Source: Myxococcota bacterium (lineage in GTDB: Bacteria > Myxococcota_A > UBA796 > CAJQPC01). Taken from it: a DNA stretch of 64,000 nucleotides. The DNA lies in assembly GCA_036012755.1 (NCBI GenBank), contig DASCPX010000127.1:32001-96000 (forward strand). The letters are read 5' to 3'. The notes beneath the pieces were generated by a model. The model was not told the origin of the DNA. It made no database searches and saw only the letters and a list, made by a program, of their open reading frames with translations. The translations under genes were made by a program, and so were the position numbers. Positions 19,192 to 27,221 of the stretch are shown in pieces (position 1 is the first letter of the stretch; every line of letters starts with the position of its first letter).

Positions 19192-20402
19192 TGCTCCTCG
19201 TGCTCCTGGCCGGAGCACGGCCCCCCGAAGCGCGCATCCTCGAGTACCGACGGCTCGCCGACGAAGGGGGGGTCGAGGCCGCCGAGACCCTCAGCGGGGC
19301 CCTGGTCTCAGAGGACGACCCGGCCGCCCGAATCGCGGCGCGGGATGCGCTCTCCCGTGTGGACCTCACCCAGGACGAGCTCCTCGGCGTGCTCGAAGAC
19401 TCTGCGACGTCGGAGGCTCGGGCCTGGGCAGCCCACAGCCTCGGGCACTATGGCGGACTGACAGCCGCCGAGGGCCTGCTCGCGGCGGTCGACGACCCTG
19501 ACGACCGGGTCCGGGCCGAGGTCTACGAGGCCCTCGGTCGGAACAAGGACCCGCGGGCCGTGGCGGTGCTCCAGCGGGCAGCGGTGCAGGACCCCAGCTC
19601 CGACAACCGAGAGACGGCGATAGTCGCGGCGAAGCGCTCCCTCCAGGACGAGAGCGTGGACGTGCCGATCGAGCTGGCGCGCCTGGCGGGTTCCGACCCC
19701 GGCGCGCGCATCCAGGCAGCCCAGGCCCTCGGCGGGAGCGAGGACTGGCGAGCCGTGACCCCGCTGGTAGCGGCCGCGGAGTCCGGGGACGTCGAGCTGC
19801 GAAAGGCCTCCTTGCTCGCGCTCGGACACCTCGGCGACCAGCGCGCCGTGGACCCTGTTCGCGAGATCGCCGCCTCCTCGACCGGTCATGTGCGCTACGC
19901 CGCAGTCGCGGCGCTCGCCTACCTCGCCGACGAGTCGGCCATCCCCACCCTGGTGGAGCTCTGCGGCGACTCGGACCCTTCGACCAGGCAGCTGGCGGTC
20001 CGCGCGCTGGCCTGGACGGACGCACCCGGGACCGCGGCGATCATCCAACCGCTGTTGTCGGACCCCAGCGAGAACGTCCGAGCGGAGGTCGTGCTGGGCC
20101 TCGGGGAGATCGCGGACCCCGAGCGCACGGCTGGCCTGGCCGAGGCGCTGGGGGACCCCTCCCCATTCGTGAGGGCGGAGGCCGCTCGACTACTCGGGAT
20201 CTCCGGCGACACGGCGGGAGGCACGGCGCTGGTCGCGTTGCTGTCCGACCGCGACGCCCTCGTCCGCATCTCCACAGCGGGGGCAGTCGCTGACCTGGGG
20301 CTGACCGACGCGATCTCGCCGCTGGAGAAGCTGGTCTCCAAGACGAAGGACGAGGACGAGCGCGGCTACTACGAAGCGGCCTTGAAGAAGCTCGGGGGCT
20401 AA
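19191..20402 (+). CDS. HEAT/PBS-lyase repeat protein
   Basis: Repeated VRxxAxxALG / LxDxxxxVR units throughout. Confidence 0.9.
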   Translation: MLLVLLAGARPPEARILEYRRLADEGGVEAAETLSGALVSEDDPAARIAARDALSRVDLTQDELLGVLEDSATSEARAWAAHSLGHYGGLTAAEGLLAAVDDPDDRVRAEVYEALGRNKDPRAVAVLQRAAVQDPSSDNRETAIVAAKRSLQDESVDVPIELARLAGSDPGARIQAAQALGGSEDWRAVTPLVAAAESGDVELRKASLLALGHLGDQRAVDPVREIAASSTGHVRYAAVAALAYLADESAIPTLVELCGDSDPSTRQLAVRALAWTDAPGTAAIIQPLLSDPSENVRAEVVLGLGEIADPERTAGLAEALGDPSPFVRAEAARLLGISGDTAGGTALVALLSDRDALVRISTAGAVADLGLTDAISPLEKLVSKTKDEDERGYYEAALKKLGG

Positions 20403-20448
20403 CCCGCATCGTTCATGAGACGCCGTGAGTCGGCTCTCGGGAGCGGAA

Positions 20449-20637
20449 TCGAGATCGAGAGTCGATGCTCGTGCTCGGTCCTCGGTGCTCGTGCTCGGTC
20501 CTCGATGGCTCGATGGCTCGATGGCTCGATGATCGATGCTCGATGCTCGATGCTCGATGCTCGATGCTCGATGGCTCGATGGCTCGATGTCTCGATGATC
20601 GATGGCTCGACGGCTCGACGGCTCGACGGCTCGACGG
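20449..20637. repeat. Intergenic simple tandem repeat of 7/8-bp units CTCGAYG(G)
   Basis: 18 consecutive units at 20501-20637, preceded by degenerate units and a duplicated GCTCGTGCTCGGTCCTCG; lies between convergent genes. Confidence 0.95.
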
Positions 20638-20646
20638 AGGTACCAG

Positions 20647-21012
20647 CTAGACCAGCTGCGGCCCTGCCTCGAACTCCCCGATCATCTCTCTCACGCAGCG
20701 GGCGTCTCCCGGAGACAGGGCATCGAACTGCACGCCCATGCCGGGTGACATCGGGCCGGCCGTCTCGGAAGGTATGCTCCAGCGGACCTCGGCATAGGTC
20801 TCGATCGGGCGCTTCCGGCCCGGGACCTGGAAGCGGAGCCTGAAGCGGGTGCCGATGTCCAAGGGCTTGTCCGTCTGGATGAACATCCCGCCGACGGAGA
20901 TGTTCGCCGTGTAGTCGTGGAGGAAGTCCTCGAGGAGCTCGTACTCGATGAGCACGCGTATCGGCAGACGGCGCAGCGTGCGGCGCTCCATCATCTTCAG
21001 GGCAGCACCCAT
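20647..21012 (-). CDS. PilZ domain protein (myxobacterial TIGR02266-like)
   Basis: RxxxR (RRTLRR) and NISVGG c-di-GMP motifs, PGMGVQF. Confidence 0.92.
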   Translation of the reverse strand: MGAALKMMERRTLRRLPIRVLIEYELLEDFLHDYTANISVGGMFIQTDKPLDIGTRFRLRFQVPGRKRPIETYAEVRWSIPSETAGPMSPGMGVQFDALSPGDARCVREMIGEFEAGPQLV

Positions 21013-21156
21013 CGTGACCTCCTGGATGCCTGTCCCTTCGGCACATCGAGCGGTGCCTTGAAGCCCGAGTCAAGGCGGCGTCAGGCGCTGTCCGGGTACG
21101 TTGCGCAGCCAACGCCGCACCCCTATGCTGTCCGCTGCTTCGGAGGAGCCCACGCC

Positions 21157-22437
21157 ATGGGTGCATTTGCACTTCTCGCCCTGGCTGGTTGCAACCAGTA
21201 CGAGATGTTCCGGCTGGCCGGCTACGAGCAGGCGAGCTTCTCCAACGACGCCGACATCATCTTCGTGATCGACAACTCTTCGTCGATGACGGACGAGGTC
21301 GAGGATCTCGCCCTGAACTTCGCGGTCTTCATCGATCTGCTGACCTCGACCGAGGGCGGCAAGCTGCCGGAGGGCAGCGTCTCGGACGCGGTGGACGCCT
21401 ACATCCTCTACACCCGCGAGCGTGGCCGTTTCCTGGACTACAACCTGGGCATCACGACGACCTCGGTCGAGGACCCGGGCACCGACCCTCCAGGGCTCTA
21501 TGGCGAGCTCGTCGGTGACAACCAGGTCGTCGACGACAGCTTCGAGGACATCTCGGGCGAGTTCTCGAAGAACCTGTTGTGCGAGGCCACCTGCTGGCAG
21601 TCCTCGACGGTGCCGAGCGACCCGACCTACGAGTGCGGCGACGAGCCGGATCAGATCACGCTCCAGTACCTCGACTGTGTCTGCGGGCTGGAGGCCTGGG
21701 AGGGCAACTGCGGGAGCGGCGACGAGGAGCCCCTCGAGGGAGCGTTCCTGAGCCTCTGCCGCTCCGTCGAGTACCCCCCGGACGAGTGCTACGACAACAC
21801 GCCGTTCACCAACGGCGACGTCATGACGAACCCGAACATGCTGCGGGACGGGGCGACGATCATCTTCGTCGTGGTCACCGACGAGGGAGACGGCAGCCGC
21901 CGCCTGGGTCAGGGGGAGTACGACGCGACGCCCTACCTGGAGCTCCTCGATCTCTTCGACAAGACCTACCGGTTCGCCGTCATCGGCCCCAACTACGACC
22001 AGGAGGTGGGGACGCTCACCTGCAACTCGGGCGGCGCGACCACCTGGGGCACGGAGCGTCTCCAGCAAGTGGCCGAGGAGACCGGCGGTTTCTACAACAC
22101 CATCTCCCAGGAAGCGGCCGGTGGAGACTGCGAGAACACGGACTTCGCGAAGCACCTCGAAGACCTCGGGGCGCTCCTGAACCAGCTGTTGGTCTCATTC
22201 CCGCTCCAGTCGGTGCCGGACATCGAGACGCTGCTGGTCTACGTCGACGGCGAGGAGATCCGGCTCGCGGACGAGGCCGACTACACAGAAGACGGCGAAG
22301 TCATCTGCGACTGCTGGACCTACGACCCGGCCGAGAACGCCGTGATGTTCCACGGCGCAGCAATCCCCGACTACAACCAGACCGTCGAGATCTACTACAA
22401 GCCCCTCGAGGGCATGCCGCGCACGCTGCCGTTCTGA
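21157..22437 (+). CDS. Cys-rich vWA-domain lipoprotein (CglB-like)
   Basis: GGAGGA RBS, lipobox LAGC, DIIFVIDNSSSM MIDAS, GITTTS, EEPLE, VVTDEGD, many Cys. Confidence 0.7.
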   Translation: MGAFALLALAGCNQYEMFRLAGYEQASFSNDADIIFVIDNSSSMTDEVEDLALNFAVFIDLLTSTEGGKLPEGSVSDAVDAYILYTRERGRFLDYNLGITTTSVEDPGTDPPGLYGELVGDNQVVDDSFEDISGEFSKNLLCEATCWQSSTVPSDPTYECGDEPDQITLQYLDCVCGLEAWEGNCGSGDEEPLEGAFLSLCRSVEYPPDECYDNTPFTNGDVMTNPNMLRDGATIIFVVVTDEGDGSRRLGQGEYDATPYLELLDLFDKTYRFAVIGPNYDQEVGTLTCNSGGATTWGTERLQQVAEETGGFYNTISQEAAGGDCENTDFAKHLEDLGALLNQLLVSFPLQSVPDIETLLVYVDGEEIRLADEADYTEDGEVICDCWTYDPAENAVMFHGAAIPDYNQTVEIYYKPLEGMPRTLPF

Positions 22438-22445
22438 GGTCCCTG

Positions 22446-23120
22446 ATGAAGCTCGCGTTCGCACTCCTGTTCGGAGTGACCTTCCTCTTCTCCTCCACCG
22501 CCCTCGCCCAGGACACCCTGGACCTGGGGACGCTCAAGAACGAGGAGATCGTCGTCGTCCAGAAGCTCCTGTACCCGAAGACGGACAAGAGCGAGATCGC
22601 CTTCCAGCTGGGCGCAATCGCCTTCGACCCGTACATGCTCGCGCCGAAGGTCCAGCTCTCCTTCGAGAGGCACCGGAGCGAGACGATGTCCTTCGGCGCC
22701 CAGCTCGGGGCCGGCTACGGACTCGGCAAGCGCTCCTACCGCGAGCTCGGCGGCACGGCCTACGGCGTGCGCCCAGAGGCCTACCGCTACGTCGCCAGCC
22801 TGACCGGCGGCGCGAACTGGTCGCCCATCTACGCCAAGCTCAACTGGCAAGGTGTGAAGGTCCACCACTTCGACATCTACTTCCCCTTCGTGGTCGGAGC
22901 GACGCTGGAGCGCCTGGCCTGGGGCGAGGAGTACTTCACGGTCGCACCGGGCGTGGGAGTCGGCGTGGGCTTCCGGGTCTTCCAGGGTGACAACGGCGTC
23001 ATCAAGCTGGAGCTGAGGGACGACCTCATCGTCGAGTCCCGCAAGCAGTCCGGCACCGTCGTGCCCAAGCAGAACATCGGCATCCACCTTGGCTTCGGCC
23101 GGATGACGGGGGGCAAGTGA
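22446..23120 (+). CDS. Outer-membrane beta-barrel protein, GltA/GltB/GltH-like
   Basis: Signal peptide, VVQKLLYPK, WSPIYAK, HFDIYF, KLELRD pattern of myxobacterial barrels; directly upstream of the gltC-like gene. Confidence 0.7.
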   Translation: MKLAFALLFGVTFLFSSTALAQDTLDLGTLKNEEIVVVQKLLYPKTDKSEIAFQLGAIAFDPYMLAPKVQLSFERHRSETMSFGAQLGAGYGLGKRSYRELGGTAYGVRPEAYRYVASLTGGANWSPIYAKLNWQGVKVHHFDIYFPFVVGATLERLAWGEEYFTVAPGVGVGVGFRVFQGDNGVIKLELRDDLIVESRKQSGTVVPKQNIGIHLGFGRMTGGK

Positions 23121-24607
23121 CCCTCCTCCTCCTCCTGAGCCTGGCCTTCGCGGAGGACCCGGTCGAACAACCGGCCTACACCGAAGAAGAACGCGTCGAG
23201 GCCTTCACGCCCTTCACGGAAGCAGTCGTCCAGGGTGACACCAACACGGCCCTGGACGCCCTGGTGGAAATCCTCGACGACGACGAGCAGGTCCACTTCC
23301 ACGGCCTCGCCTATGGCTCGATGGGCGGCCTGCTGGAGTCGAAGGAGCTGCCCTATGCGGCGCTCGCCGCCTGGTCGAAGGGCATCGAGCTGGACCCGGA
23401 CAACAACGGCTCCTCCGTCAAGCCAGCGCTGGCGGTCGCGGAGAAGGTAGGAGACACGGCCTTCCTCGAGAAGGTCTTCGCCACCAACGTCGGCCTCGAC
23501 GTCGACAAGGAGACCCGTGGTCGGCTCGCCTACCTCGCGGCGCGAGGCAGCTACGACCAGGGCAACTACGCCACCACGCTGGGCATCCTGACGCTCGTCG
23601 CCAAGGACGATCCGCACTTCGCAAGGGCCCAGTCCCTGAAGGGCATCGTGCTCGCCCAGCAGGGCAAGTACAACGAGGCCATGGCTGCCTTCCTCACTGC
23701 CCAGGCCCTCGTACAGGAGGATCCGGAGACCCTCGACGTCGTCAACCTGAACCTCGCGCGGACCTACTACGCGGCCGGGAACTACGCGAAGAGCATCGAG
23801 TTCTACGCGAAGGTCAGGCGCGATTCCCACTGGTGGCCAGAGGCGCAGTTCGAGCGGGCCTGGGCACACTTCATGATCGAGGACATCAACGGCGCCCTCG
23901 GCCTGCTGCACAACCACGTCTCGCCCTACTACCAGGACTGGTACTTCCCGGAAGCCCAGCTGCTGCGGACCTACTCGCTCTTCCTGATCTGCAAGTTCCC
24001 CGAAGCGAGCAAGCAGATCGACGCCTTCCAGGACCAGTGGACGCCAGTCCGCGACGAGATGGACGACGTTCTCGGACCGATGTCGAACCAGGACACCTTC
24101 GAGGACGCCCGGGCCTATGTCGAGGGAGACCACCACCAGCTCCCCGAGATGATCTGGCGGGATCTGCCCGAGAACGAGCGCTTCCTCTCCGCGATCCAGG
24201 CCGTCGACGCCGCACAGGTCGAGCTCGACCGGCTGCAAGGCGAGCGGGCGAGCTGGGCCCAGGTGGCCTTCAACCTCGTGCGCGAGCGCCGAAAGGAGAT
24301 CGTTCTGGGCGAGGGCGAGCGTCTCAAGGACCAGGCGCAGCTGAGCGTCGACGAGCTGACCAGCATGCTCAACGACACGGAGATCGCCAAGCTCGACATG
24401 CTGAAGCTCGAGACGCGGCTCTACGAGCAGGCCTCGATGACGGGCAAGCTCGCGGACATCGAGAGGACCGCGATGCGCAGGGAGCGCGTCCGCCGGGGCT
24501 TCGTCGCCTGGCCCTACGAAGGCGAGTACTGGGTGGACGAGGTCGGCTACTACAAGGTCAACGCCCGCCCCGAGTGCCCCGAGGGGTTGATGACCGGCAG
24601 CGACTGA
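23117..24607 (+). CDS. gltC: GltC-like TPR protein of the gliding machinery
   Basis: TPRs, LNLARTYY, WPEAQFERAWAHF, ALGLLH...SPYY, C-terminal WPYEGEYWVDEVGYY...C. Confidence 0.7.
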   Translation: MTLLLLLSLAFAEDPVEQPAYTEEERVEAFTPFTEAVVQGDTNTALDALVEILDDDEQVHFHGLAYGSMGGLLESKELPYAALAAWSKGIELDPDNNGSSVKPALAVAEKVGDTAFLEKVFATNVGLDVDKETRGRLAYLAARGSYDQGNYATTLGILTLVAKDDPHFARAQSLKGIVLAQQGKYNEAMAAFLTAQALVQEDPETLDVVNLNLARTYYAAGNYAKSIEFYAKVRRDSHWWPEAQFERAWAHFMIEDINGALGLLHNHVSPYYQDWYFPEAQLLRTYSLFLICKFPEASKQIDAFQDQWTPVRDEMDDVLGPMSNQDTFEDARAYVEGDHHQLPEMIWRDLPENERFLSAIQAVDAAQVELDRLQGERASWAQVAFNLVRERRKEIVLGEGERLKDQAQLSVDELTSMLNDTEIAKLDMLKLETRLYEQASMTGKLADIERTAMRRERVRRGFVAWPYEGEYWVDEVGYYKVNARPECPEGLMTGSD

Positions 24608-24651
24608 GTCCCCGGTTGACTGGTTCACCGATTCACTGATTCACTGCGCGG

Positions 24652-25389
24652 ATGCTCCGAGTCCTCCACAGAAAAGCGGCGCTCACGCGAGCACAGGAGC
24701 GCCTGGAGACCCTGTTCCGCGAAGGGAGCGACGGGCCGAGGCAGCTGGACCTGGGCATCGGGCCGAGACGGGACGTCTGCTACGTCGAGGCCTGGGATCT
24801 GTGGGCCGGCTTCGGCAAGGACACCCGCCACTACCTGAACCTCTTCGGGCTGGGCTACCCCTTCGAGAAGAAGCCCGTCGAGGTGGTCGAGATCAACTCG
24901 CCCTTCTCGAACGTGGACCGCCGCATGGGTGGAGCCTTCGCGCGCAGCGAGGAGGGCGAGCTGTGGCTTGTCCACCGAGGCATCGTGAGCCGCGGCAAGA
25001 CGGCCATGGTGCAGTGGCACCGCGGCCAGCTCATCCCCGTCCACGACGGCAAGAAGGTCAGCAAGGTCATCCCGGTCGCCAGGCTCGACGGCCCCTCGCC
25101 GATCGCCGAGGTGGCGGGCTTCGTACAGGGGGTGGCCGCATTCAAGGCCGGAGAGCAGGCCCCGCGACCGAGGCTGCGCGCCGCGCTGGAGGAGGCCTTT
25201 CGGCGAGGCCGCCCCGGGGTCGCCTTCGAGGTCGTGACCACCGACCTCGCCGCCGCCTTCGGACGCCTCGTTCTCGCAGGAGGAGCCGTGCTCGTCGCAC
25301 CCGAAGACGTCGACATCGAGAGGGTGGTCGAGCTCGGCTACGAGGTCGTCCGCTACCGCTTCGAGGACGGCGAGGCACGGTTCTCCTGA
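24652..25389 (+). CDS. Hypothetical protein, possibly restriction-nuclease related
   Basis: Good codon bias; VEINSP...RRMGGAFAR...LVHRG segment. Confidence 0.6.
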   Translation: MLRVLHRKAALTRAQERLETLFREGSDGPRQLDLGIGPRRDVCYVEAWDLWAGFGKDTRHYLNLFGLGYPFEKKPVEVVEINSPFSNVDRRMGGAFARSEEGELWLVHRGIVSRGKTAMVQWHRGQLIPVHDGKKVSKVIPVARLDGPSPIAEVAGFVQGVAAFKAGEQAPRPRLRAALEEAFRRGRPGVAFEVVTTDLAAAFGRLVLAGGAVLVAPEDVDIERVVELGYEVVRYRFEDGEARFS

Positions 25390-26820
25390 ATGGTGAGCTG
25401 GCTCGCGGTCCCGCTGGTCGAGTGGCTCTTTGGCCTCGGCGCCTGGTCCCGCCCCGACACGCACGCCTTCCTCGTAGAGTCCCTCGGCTGGCTCGCCCTC
25501 GGTCTGCTCCATCGACGCGTCGCCAAGGAAGGCTGGGCCGCCTCGTTGGCCTGGGCCCCGGTGTTGTTGGTGTGGGCCTTCGTCGCTCGCTGGTCGTGGG
25601 TCGCCGGGGCCATCGGGCTTCCGGTGATGGTCGTGTTGGTGCGCGTGCTCGACGACGGCCTCCGTCGCTGGCCGGTCCTGCTGGTCCCGCTCCTGCTCGT
25701 CTCCGGCGGGACCGCGCGGCTCGTCGAGCTTGCCGCTGCGCCGGTGGCCGATCCTCTCGGAGAGCTGTGGCACCAGCTGCCTGATCGCAGGGTGGAGTCG
25801 ATCTCGGCCCCGCCGATCGTCCTGATCACCGTCGACACCCTGAGGGCGGACTCCCAGGCGACGATGGCGGCGTACAAGCGCTTCCCCGTGCGCTGGGACC
25901 ACGCCCTGTCGACCTCGTCGTGGACCGTGCCCGCCTTGGCGTCGGCACACACGGGCCTCCTCCCCGACGAGCACGGTTCCGGACGAGGAGCGTCGGGCTT
26001 CACCGCGATCCGGGCCGATGTGCCCACCCTCGCCGAGCTCCTGGAGGGCGAGGGCTACACGACGGCCGCCTTCGTCGCCAACCCCTTCGCCTCACGGCAG
26101 CTGGGCCTCGCCCGGGGGTTCGCGCGCTGGGACAACCCCGACGAGAACGCCCCCCACGGCTACGCGCTCATCGGCGGGGTCGAGGGTGACCCGCGGGACG
26201 CGACGCAGGTGGTCGACCGCGCCCTGACCTGGCTCGAGACGGACGCCCCGGAGCGCGGCTTCTTCCTGTGGGTCCACCTCATGGACCCACACTGGCCCTA
26301 CCTCGACCTCGGCCCCGAGGAGCTGCCTCGCCTGGTTCGGAAGGGAGAGACCCAGCTCTCCAAAAAGGACCGCCAGCGCTTCCGGCTCTTCTACGACGCG
26401 GAGGTCGAGCACGCCGACGCGGAGCTCCTGCGCCTGGTCCGGGGGCTGGAGGGCCACGGAGTCTTCGAAGGCGGCGTGCTGGTCCTGACCAGTGATCACG
26501 GCGAGGAGTTCTGGGAGCGCGGCGGCTGGGAGCACGGCCACGGCCACCAGCCAGAGGTCGTGGACATCGCCATCGGACTGTCCGCCCCGGGCTGGGAGCC
26601 CGCAGCGCGCACTGACACGGCGTCGCTGATCGACATCTTCGCCTGGGTGCGCGGCACGCCAACTCGGCCGGAGCGGGTCGTACAGGGGACCCTCTACGGG
26701 CCACAGCTCGAGACCCGGGTGGAGGGCTCGGTCCGCACGACAACCGGGTGGTCAGGAGTGGACGGCTCGGCGGTGGACGTGAACGAGGAGGCCCTGAGGA
26801 GGCTCGGCTACCTGGACTGA
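25390..26820 (+). CDS. Membrane-anchored sulfatase-like (alkaline phosphatase superfamily) hydrolase
   Basis: N-terminal TMs, ITVDTLRAD, SSWTVP, HLMDPH, TSDHGEE, HGH. Confidence 0.88.
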   Translation: MVSWLAVPLVEWLFGLGAWSRPDTHAFLVESLGWLALGLLHRRVAKEGWAASLAWAPVLLVWAFVARWSWVAGAIGLPVMVVLVRVLDDGLRRWPVLLVPLLLVSGGTARLVELAAAPVADPLGELWHQLPDRRVESISAPPIVLITVDTLRADSQATMAAYKRFPVRWDHALSTSSWTVPALASAHTGLLPDEHGSGRGASGFTAIRADVPTLAELLEGEGYTTAAFVANPFASRQLGLARGFARWDNPDENAPHGYALIGGVEGDPRDATQVVDRALTWLETDAPERGFFLWVHLMDPHWPYLDLGPEELPRLVRKGETQLSKKDRQRFRLFYDAEVEHADAELLRLVRGLEGHGVFEGGVLVLTSDHGEEFWERGGWEHGHGHQPEVVDIAIGLSAPGWEPAARTDTASLIDIFAWVRGTPTRPERVVQGTLYGPQLETRVEGSVRTTTGWSGVDGSAVDVNEEALRRLGYLD

Positions 26821-26826
26821 GCAAGG

Positions 26827-27180
26827 TCAGCATCGAGCACTCCTGCTGTGGTGGGCGACCGTGTCGACGAGGCCCCCGACGCAGACGCAGGGCAGCAAGC
26901 TGAGGATCGCAGCGACCAAGCCGAGCAGCGGATGGAACGCGATGGCCGCGAGGGTGCCGGCGAGGATGGGGGCGCCGACGACACAGAGGGTCACGGCGAG
27001 CCCCCGGTTCCGTCCGGCGGCGCAGCCCATCGCCAGGCCCAACAACGGCACGACGAGCACGCAGACGCCGAAGAAGAGGACCGCGTTCCCCAGGAAGTCG
27101 GAGAAGCCGGGGTAGGAGCAGCCGGCGAAGGCGGTGGAAGGGATGACCAACAAGGGGAGCAGGAGCGTCAGGCGTTTCAT
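26827..27180 (-). CDS. Small membrane protein, unknown function
   Basis: Signal peptide plus about three TM segments; start at ATG 27180. Confidence 0.6.
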   Translation of the reverse strand: MKRLTLLLPLLVIPSTAFAGCSYPGFSDFLGNAVLFFGVCVLVVPLLGLAMGCAAGRNRGLAVTLCVVGAPILAGTLAAIAFHPLLGLVAAILSLLPCVCVGGLVDTVAHHSRSARC

Positions 27181-27221
27181 GCCTCGAGCCTCGCCGGGCC
27201 CCTTGAACACGACGCGACCTC

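Noticed and set aside
20449..20637. Repeat tract as a CRISPR array or as the 142-aa/257-aa ORFs spanning it
   Set aside because: Units are 7-8 bp with no unique spacers and no cas genes nearby; the ORFs are low-complexity products of the repeat.
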